From contig NIVC01005031.1 in NCBI GenBank assembly GCA_002269645.1, positions 1-28,199 on the forward strand: a DNA stretch of 28,199 bases. Direction: 5' to 3'. The DNA comes from Macrostomum lignano (Eukaryota). Below the pieces are notes generated by a model. The model saw only the letters and a program-made list of their open reading frames with translations, was not told the DNA's origin and did no database searches. Each line of letters begins with the position of its first letter. Position 1 is the first letter of the stretch. Both the position numbers and the translations under genes were made by a program. Below, piece after piece: positions 20,415-28,199 of the stretch.

Positions 20415-21114
20415 TGCTGAAAAACATATAAATAGAAGCGAAATAATTGACAGGAGAGTATACTCCTCGTCTAGCACTTTCTATAGTCTAGCAAAGGTTT
20501 TAATTGGACATTGCCTGACTCACTGTTCCTTCTTTAGGCGCTCAGCCCTTTTCCCAAGGCCTGTTCAGCCGAAGCATACAGCCTCTCCCCTCTCCCAAGA
20601 AGGATCTGTTCAGCTATAAGCGTACAGCCTTTCCCCCTTCAACCCCGCAGACACGCGCAGTAATTACCTCACCCCCCCCCAGTGAACAAGAGCTTCGTCT
20701 CTCTCTTTCCCTAACCCCCAGACCCCAGAATTCGACCTGGAGTTCCGCCAACTCCCTATCCAGACCTACTGTTGCTCAGTTATTTGGCCGAATTCTAACT
20801 TCCGACTGATCCGGTATTCCTTCCCCTACTTGGAAGCTTAACTATCAGAAATCTTAGCCCCTTCCCCTTTTTTAGCGATTCCATTAAGTGAACTCTTCCC
20901 CATGAAATCATTCCCTATTAGCCATTAGAAATTCCCATCGTGCGATAATTCCCCAGGCAACTCTGATCCGCCGTGTAGCCCTCCTTCGGACAGCTTAACC
21001 TTTAGACAGTGTCTTGCCGCTCGGACACTCACGCCACCAGGAGCAACCATTGGCTTACTCCTATTAGTAATAAAACTAGTATACCTTTCAGAAATTCCAA
21101 GAATCCCATTAATT

Positions 21115-21330
21115 CCCCATAACAGATTTGGTGTCAGCATAGAATAATTTCCCTTCCCCAAGACCCCTGTAACAGATTTTGGTTGCAGCAGTGAGAATCT
21201 TAAACAGAGAGACGGAACCCTACAACAAATTTGGTAGCAGCGTTGTGATTAAACCACAGGCGAAAGTTTACCCTGTAACAAATTTGGTAACAGCGGTGGG
21301 ATTTTCTTAATAATAAACAGCCCTATAACA
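21115..21330 (+). repeat. Tandem array of four LTR-end plus tRNA-Leu PBS-like units (~52-bp period, divergent spacers)
   Basis: Repeated CCCTRYAACA-RATTT(T)-GGTNNCAGC with TGG starts at 21129, 21180, 21232 and 21285. The last, TGGTAACAGCGGTGGGATT, is close to the complement of eukaryotic tRNA-Leu 3' ends. Confidence 0.7.
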
Positions 21331-21989
21331 ATATGATAGATAAGATGGGAAAAGAAAGGAGAGAGGAAAGAAAAGAGAGAAGAGAGCAAAGAGGAGAGAA
21401 GTTTCAAAGGACTTGAGGGACGTAGAGAGAGCTGGCAGAAGCCAGAAGCCAGCGTTTGCCAACGCATGCTTTAGAGTTAGACAGATGCAAAAATAGCTCC
21501 ATTGATTCGAATTCAGCAGTTTCAAAGTCCGCGGATTTCAACAACTATAGTATCTAAATTTTGGCGAAAACGCAATTAAAATTGGTCAAGAATTGCAATC
21601 TGTAGAGCGTCATGGACATACAAACAAACTAATATGAGAGATTTAGTATATTTAGATAAATTAGAGTTCATCATACAACTCATGATGTTTTTTGAGAGAA
21701 AACTCACATGTTTTTATAAGGCTGACAGATCAAACGACTGTGATTGCGTTATATTATAGGTTGTTTAATGATGTTTAATTTTTACCAGGTCTTTCTTTAT
21801 CAGGGATAATGATTGAAAAGCACGCTAATCTAGAAGTCGATTCAAAAGCGCGTCAAAAATTGAAAAAACGCGGTTTTAATAATATCTTAGTTAAAACAAA
21901 TCTAAAATCAATTTTTTTAAATTAGCATTTAATTGCTGCATAACTACAATAATTTTACTAAAAAACAAAAATATATTAAAACTACAATA

Positions 21990-22513
21990 AATTAATTAGA
22001 GTATTTTATACAAGAAACGCCCTAAATTTTGGATTCGTAGAATCTACGTAGAAACTTTCCCAAAGCTTTAATAACGAGAAATACCTAGTGAAAAAGCACC
22101 TCAAGATACACAGAGAAAGAGAACTTAGCCAAAAGCTAGAGAATCAGCAACATATTAAACTCTACAAAAACGCCTATCTCTACAAAAAAATCTGCAGGCC
22201 CGACCTTTCAGATTACTTTCCATGCACTTTTAGAAACAAAAAATTCCTAACAACCCTCCTAAAACTGAAATGCGAAATTACACCCAACATTTTATCTCAT
22301 GAAGCATGTAGACTGTGTGGAGCGAGAAATGGTTCCGATATCCTACACTACTTGACCGAATGTCCACAAACTGAAAAGATCAGAAAAAAATACTTCTGTC
22401 AGTACCTCTTAAATGACAAGCAAGTACACAAGTTAGGATATGCTACAAATGAAAAAAGAGTCAGAAAAGAGCTCACTGGTGTAGCTAAAATATATGAAGT
22501 CATGAATAGCTAA
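21990..22513 (+). mobile_element. 5'-truncated non-LTR retrotransposon (LINE) ORF2 C-terminus with CCHC finger
   Basis: CRLCGARNGSDILHYLTECP (C-x2-C-x9-H-x4-C), preceded by a KLYK segment typical of LINE C-termini; one in-frame TAG at 22049; AT-rich tail follows. Confidence 0.7.
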
Positions 22514-22610
22514 AACAGTTATGCAAACTGAAACAGATATATCAGCAGTGTAATAAATCCACTTTTCATTTGTTTATTCATTTACTGTCTTTTTAATTTC
22601 CTATTTAATT

Positions 22611-22740
22611 AGCATTTAATTAGTATTTAATTAGTTTCCCATCTAATACCTATTTAAATCGTCGTTATTCATTATTTATCAGCATTTAATTAGTATTTAA
22701 TTAGTTTCCTATCTAATACCTATTTAAATCGTCGTTATTC
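22611..22740. repeat. Tandem duplication (70-bp period) AGCATTTAATTAGTATTTAATTAGTTTCC...GTCGTTATTC
   Basis: Two near-identical copies starting at 22611 and 22681. Confidence 0.9.
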
Positions 22741-22769
22741 GTTAAACGTAAAGTTCTTTCAAAGTATGT

Positions 22770-23020
22770 TCATGTTCGTTTTTCATGCTTTGAAATATCA
22801 CACGCTTGCAAAATACTAAATCTTTTTACAAAAAACACTCTTTCAAATACCTTAATAATTTTACAAATATCGTAACTTGCATCATAACTCGTGTAAAAAT
22901 TTAACCTTTTGAACAAATTTAACCTTTTGAACTTAATCGTAATTAAACAACTAATGCTAAAATATCTTAAATACACAGAAATATACTGGCCAAACAGGCT
23001 TCTTGCCTGAGCCAACTTAC
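22770..23020 (-). mobile_element. Possible second LINE extreme C-terminal fragment, tail-to-tail with the first
   Basis: Open frame SKLAQARSLF...KRLNF resembles sequence found after the CCHC finger, but no diagnostic motif is retained. Confidence 0.25.
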
Positions 23021-23830
23021 TACTACTACTACTACTAAACAATAAATCTTAGTGCATAGTGCCAGTATGCTATGCTTTGTCTAGTCCAGACTCTATTATA
23101 TTATCTTAACAGAAAATTTTGCAAAGTGGTATAACTATAGCCATTTCAAATTCATTTCAAAAAGTTTATTTTAAGTATAAATTTTAAGCTTTTTCTGAAG
23201 TTTCTAGTTTTAAGCTTGTAATATAGTATTTAAACTAATGTTTATCAATATTACTTTTCTAGTAAAGATAGTATTGGCAAGGAAGATGAAAAAGCAACCA
23301 AATTATCTGCCAAAAATATTTGGCAGATATATTTTATAGAAATAATATATAAGTTATAGGTAGATATTATAGCCTAGTGGTTAGCAAGGCAGATCTAGAA
23401 AAAATTATATGGGGCAAGCTAAAATAAGCACTATAACCTACTATTAGAAACTAGACCTTGCATAGTTATAAAGGCCAACTTTTACTGCCACAAAAAACTT
23501 AAAACTATATTTTGGTTAAAACTACAACTGTGTTGCACTGTCATTTCCAATCACTTTTGTCTCTAAAATAGAAGGCACTAACTTTATATTAACTTGAAAC
23601 AAGTGAAAGTAAAAATAAAATAGGAATAGGAGAAGAAAATATTGAAATACGGATAGAAAGACACAATAAAAATAGAAACCCACTTTGTTTGTGTATTCCC
23701 TAAAAATTATTTGAATTTTTTATAAGGGGATAGAAGCTAAAGGACGACTGCGAGATCAAAGAAAAGGTTAGAAATAAATAAGGCAAAGCCATACAGGGAT
23801 GTAAGAGAAAATATATAATGATAAGAATGC

Positions 23831-25498
23831 TTATAATAGCCAATGTGGTTGGCCATGCCTATTCCTAAAATACTGGCTTATTCAAAGTGCTAGCATTCCT
23901 AGACAATCAGGGTACTGTTTTCAATTTGGTTCTTGTTTGATATATGGCATTGATTGTATAGCCAAACATATGTAGCATTTCAATAGAGCTTTGGTTAGCA
24001 AATGTTATACTATAAGGCCATCACCTATAGGACTAATTGCTATGGGATGGCCTACCCTGATAGTGAAATGGCACTTGCTTCTGCTAGTCTCCTCCTCCAG
24101 GATACTGATTGCTTTTCCTAGAAATGCCACAAGTCTTGGTACCTCCATGCTAATGGTAGACAATCTAAAAATTCTAGACCAGAAGCAGTAATAAGCAAAA
24201 TCCAAGTTTCTAAAACTAGCATAGCATCTTCCAACTGGCCAGGTAAGGGTTTGTTGCTGAATCCATATAGTCTATGCCATCTATGCTCTTTGAGTATATG
24301 ACCATTGTCAATGGCTTTAAAACCACCTACTGCTTGCCTTTCCAATAGACACATGGTAAGTTCACATAGGCAGCCTGCCCAGCAGTGTGTAGGAGATATA
24401 TAGTATTTGTCCTACTGCTCTTCTTGTCCACAAACTTATAAGCAAGCACCTTGCCATTCCTTATAAAAGCTACTGCAGTTGTAGTTGCTGCAGCAATAGT
24501 GGGATTCTTTGATTGCTACACATAGTGCCTATGAGCCAAGTTCTATTTGCTAGCAGCCAATGCAACATTAACCAGCTGTCTATAAACACATTGTAATTAA
24601 TGTTAGAGTTCACAGTATAGCTTGGCCAAATTTTGCTCATCAACAGAAAGGTTGCTACAGTTGAGTCCTAGTCCAAATTGTATATTTGCATGTTCTGTGG
24701 AGTGAATTGCAAAATTCTATAAGTAGCCAGTCTCTAACTCACATAGGTAGTAAAGTTCTGCTCTTCTTAGTTGGGATATACTGCTTGAATATCAGACACC
24801 CTTTGTACAAGACTAGAATTTTGTTAATGGAAAAGTGCTAGTGTGGCATATAGTTATTGCTGCATACTTGCTGCAGATAGTATAAAAATGGCTAGATTTT
24901 GGCCAATGGCCTTTCCTGGACATCCATGCAGTCATAGAAACAAAGGCAATAAAGCAGCTGCTTGAATCTATCTCTTAAGAAGGCATTGGGCATGGACAGA
25001 AAGGAGTAATAGAGGGTCTTGGCTCTAGTAACTACTGATATTTGGCTTTTTGTCTATGCCTATCAACAGAACAATCCTGAATAGCTTCCTCACCTTATTA
25101 TTTGTGCAATCTTTCCAGTTCTTTGCCAGCTTTGACAACTAGTGCATTAATGCACTCCTCAAAAATCTTCCATGCCCTACAATTTGTCCAGGTCTTCATA
25201 CTTGCAATAATTCCATTAGTGAGATATAGACTTAGAAACTCCTCTTTGTTTCCATTAGCTAAAGCTGGAGGCATCCAATCTAGGCAAACCCCTAGTATTC
25301 CTAGAAATTCAGCTTTATTTGGCATAGCATCTATTCTAGCCTGAACCAACTGCCACTCTGGTACATTACCAACTTCTTTGTCTCTATGGCTTTTTCTTCT
25401 TTGCCTTCTTCTTTTATCAACTTGTCTTTCTCAATTCCATAACAACTTAAGTAAGTGTCATTAGGCAAAATTTTCTGGTATTCATTCTCAAATTCCAT
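23831..25498 (-). pseudogene. Near full-length, heavily mutated piggyBac (PGBD4-like) transposase
   Basis: Motifs in the correct order across frameshifts: FLGILG (FxGTPG), LIGIDKKPNISSY*SQDP (LMGxxKKP...YWSxDP), LRDRF, AKI*P, FSINKILVLYKGCLIFKQYIP (SIDE...FKGRLxFKQYIP), LCELETGYL*NF, VFIDSW, GTMCSNQ (GTVRxNR), FVDKK, KP...YSKSIDGIDYMD (YNxxMGGVDxxD), Cys-rich tail KCYIC...YPDCLGMLAL*ISQYF. TIRs and TTAA not confidently found. Confidence 0.88.
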
Positions 25499-27374
25499 GG
25501 AAAAAGCAATATTGCAAGAAAGTGCAGTAGCCATTGAGACAAGAAATATATAATTATAGTATAAGTGGCAAGAAAATAAGAGTCTATTTGATTGGAATTG
25601 AAAGAGAACAGTAAGTGTAGCACTGGGCCCAAAACAAGTATAATTATAAGACAGGGGAGTGAAAATAAAAGGAGGGGTAGAATATACAACTAAAAGAGGC
25701 AAGGTTGAAGAGCCAATTAGAAGGCAGTGAGGGAGAGAAATAAAAATAACAAGACTGAACTAGACCAATAGGATAAAACAAAGTAAACAGAGATAAGTGC
25801 AGATAAACTAAAATGACTAAGAAAGTTGCATCAGAGAGAAACTAGAGGAAAATGTGGTGCTGTAACAGCAATTGTAACAACTATCAACTAGTGTATATCC
25901 TATTAGAAATAGGGGTGATGCCAAGCTCCACCTTTTATATCAAGATTAATAATGACTTGAGCAAACTTGGCAAATCTTACTTTAATATTAGTATACTTTT
26001 TGCCTAGCTTGAATTTTTTTCTGCAGATCTAATAAGATCTGACAGGATTTTGCAAGAAAGTTATTTATTTTTTCTATGTAATTTTTATTTTATTTTATAA
26101 TTTTAATAAATTTTTATTTTTCTTGTTATCTTGTAAGATATCATAAGAATTTCTTAAGATCTTATAAGATTTTTGAAAGATATTTTAAGTTGTTGTTTGA
26201 TTTATGGCAACCTTTTAGTCTTCCTTTGGTCTGCAGATGACTGCACAGGTTGTTCCCTGCATGTCACAACTATGTTGTTTTGTATAACTGAATGGCTGCT
26301 CTTATTAGATACAAGTTAAAATATAATAGCAGCAACTAAACTTGCCTATAGACAAGTCTGTGAAGTTAAAAAAATGAAGAAATATTATTTGAAGTTATTT
26401 GTATAATTTAGACTGCTATATAATTTGTATTTAAAAATTACTACATGACAGATAAGCTTGATTTTAATGAGTATTTTAATATAAAAATAGAGTTAGACCA
26501 AAACTGAAACACAAAGAAAGCTGTGTAAAACATTGCAGTCAATAAAGATATTGCTAAATAATACTGTTAATTACTTGTTGCCTATTCTAGAAGGACAGTG
26601 CTAAAGAAAAAACAATGCAACTAATAGTATAAAACAAATTAGTTTTATTCATAATAGGCAACAAATTTATTCAAAATGTAACTAGCATAGTGTAAAGAAT
26701 ACAAGTAACAATGACTGCACAACAATTGTGGAAAATGTACAATAATAAACACAGTAGAAAAGGCACAATGTTCAACAAAAGGCACAGGCAGGTTGCAGAT
26801 ACCAGCATGACATTGCTTGTGTAAGTGTTAGCAAAACTTCCAATGTACTAAAAATGGTCTGTCAGTATCTAGGTAGGTAGGTATGTGATTGATTTTAGCA
26901 AAAACGGCTTAACTGATTTTGTTCAAACTTGATTTAACCGATTTAATCCTTTTTTCTTGTAATAAATCCACTTTTTTAATCCACAATAAATCCTTGTTTA
27001 GATCCATCATCAATAGCTTTACCATTGGATTCTGCATTTGGACTACATATTTGGTCATACTTGTTAGCTAAATTGATGGCACGTGGCACCATCAGTATCA
27101 CAGTCAGAAATAATGCCTTCAGCCAAAACTTCCTTTAATCCTTGAACCTTTGTAATGCCACTGGTGCATAGAACAGTGACCATATGCTTTTTTGGCCTTT
27201 CGTTGACAGCAATGGTTGAGCCTTGAAATGAATAATAAGTAATGTTTTTCCTGTGTAAGCATCCTATAGGCTGTACTTATAACTCCAGCAGAAACCTTGA
27301 CTGTGTACTTGTATAGTGCAATTAACTACATATTGCAATATCATTCAGTTGTCAAACCTTGTCAATTTCAGAGT

Positions 27375-27620
27375 ATGCCAAGACAGCTAGTAAGCTACTA
27401 TGACACACTTGTCACCCAATCTGATTATGACACATTGCACGATGGCATGTGGCTAAATGACAACATCATCAGTTTTGCATTAGAATATATGATCGCACCA
27501 AATGTCGCGGATCCAGTAATGGAACTCAACGGATCACTCTGTTAGATCCCACTGTGTGCCAGGCTGTTAAACTTACTGGACAGGCGGTTGAACTGCTGGC
27601 TCAGCGAGATCTTAGAGCTT
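27375..27620 (+). CDS. SENP8: SENP8/NEDP1 (DEN1)-like Ulp1-family protease, first coding exon, with an apparent 1-nt frameshift
   Basis: MPRQLVSYYDTLVTQSDYDTLHDGMWLNDNIISFALEY matches the SENP8 N-terminus (LSYxDSLLxxSD...WLNDxIIxFxxEY). Homology continues in another frame (ITLLDPTVCQAVKL...) up to a T|gtgagt donor at 27621. Confidence 0.8.
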
Positions 27621-27719
27621 GTGAGTTGCTTGCTAATACAAGCCTGAATTCAATGCTATCGTTTTGTATCGATTCATCTGTATTTTGTCTTGACATCTAG
27701 TTAATTCACTTCACATATT

Positions 27720-28199
27720 GTGAGTTTTAGGGTTGGAGAGTTTTGGAGGTTGTGAATTTTGTGGTTTGTGAATTTTGGGGTTGTGAACTTAGAGGTTTGT
27801 GAATTTATAGGTTTGAAATTTAGGGGGTTGTGAATTTACGGGTTTGTGAATTTACGGCTTTATGAATTTACGGGTTGTGAATTAAGCCTTTGTGAATTTA
27901 CGGGTTTATGAATTTACGGGTTTGTGAATTAAGGCCTTTGTGAATTTACGGTTTATGAATTTACGGGTTGTGAATTAAGGCCTTTGTGAATTAAGGCCTT
28001 AGTGAATTTACGGTTTGTGAATTTAAGGCTTTGTGAATTAAGGCCTTTGTGAATTAAGGCCTTAGTGAATTTACGGTTTATGAATTTACGGGTTTGTGAA
28101 TTAAGGCCTTTGTGAATTTACCGGTTTGTGAATTAAGGCCTTTGTGAATTTACGGTTTGTGAATTAAGGCCTTTGTGAATTTACGGGTTTGTGAAGTTT
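27720..28199. repeat. 16-bp minisatellite with two interleaved variants (GTGAATTTACGGGTTT / GTGAATTAAGGCCTTT), running off the window
   Basis: Directly visible tandem units; the left-hand copies are more degenerate. Confidence 0.93.

Noticed and set aside
21115-21330. A genuine prokaryotic CRISPR array
   Set aside because: Eukaryotic context, no cas genes, repeats too variable and tRNA-complementary. Kept only as a PBS-array finding.
23690-23780. piggyBac terminal inverted repeat / TTAA target site
   Set aside because: TIR-like words (TAAAGGACG, AAAAGGTTAG) are present, but I found no matching partner at the other end.
26670-26808. Hydrophobic minus-strand frame that looked like GPCR TM6-7
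   Set aside because: In the correct frame it is only 45 aa with no GPCR motif; T-rich composition explains the hydrophobicity.
26990-27230. Short minus-strand open frames (GSTIAVNERPKKHMVTVLCTSG...)
   Set aside because: Broken by a frame change, with no recognisable homology or donor site.

Overview
Eukaryotic (metazoan) genomic DNA. The GC-rich small exons and very repeat-rich introns resemble the flatworm Macrostomum, but the species is a guess. The main feature is a complete 18-exon minus-strand gene (ATG 19965 to TAG 3751, 3195 nt, 1064 aa by my exon sum) for a phospholipase C-like (PLCL/PRIP family) protein with PH, EF, X/Y and C2 domains and the PLCL C-terminal tail. All 17 introns are GT-AG and phase-consistent. 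A divergent plus-strand SENP8/NEDP1-like first exon, with a 1-nt frameshift, starts at 27375. The introns hold minisatellites (several telomere-like), tRNA-derived SINEs, a Tc1/mariner deletion derivative and a Bel/Pao relic. The 7.4-kb spacer between the genes holds LINE 3' fragments, a four-unit array of LTR-end plus tRNA-Leu primer-binding-site-like motifs, and a near full-length piggyBac transposase relic. That relic is dominated by CpA/TpG and CpG transitions (RIP-like) and sits in a ~4-kb CpG desert. Best leads: the RIP-like hypermutation, the PBS array, and a route to PLC inactivation that differs from vertebrate PLCL1/2.
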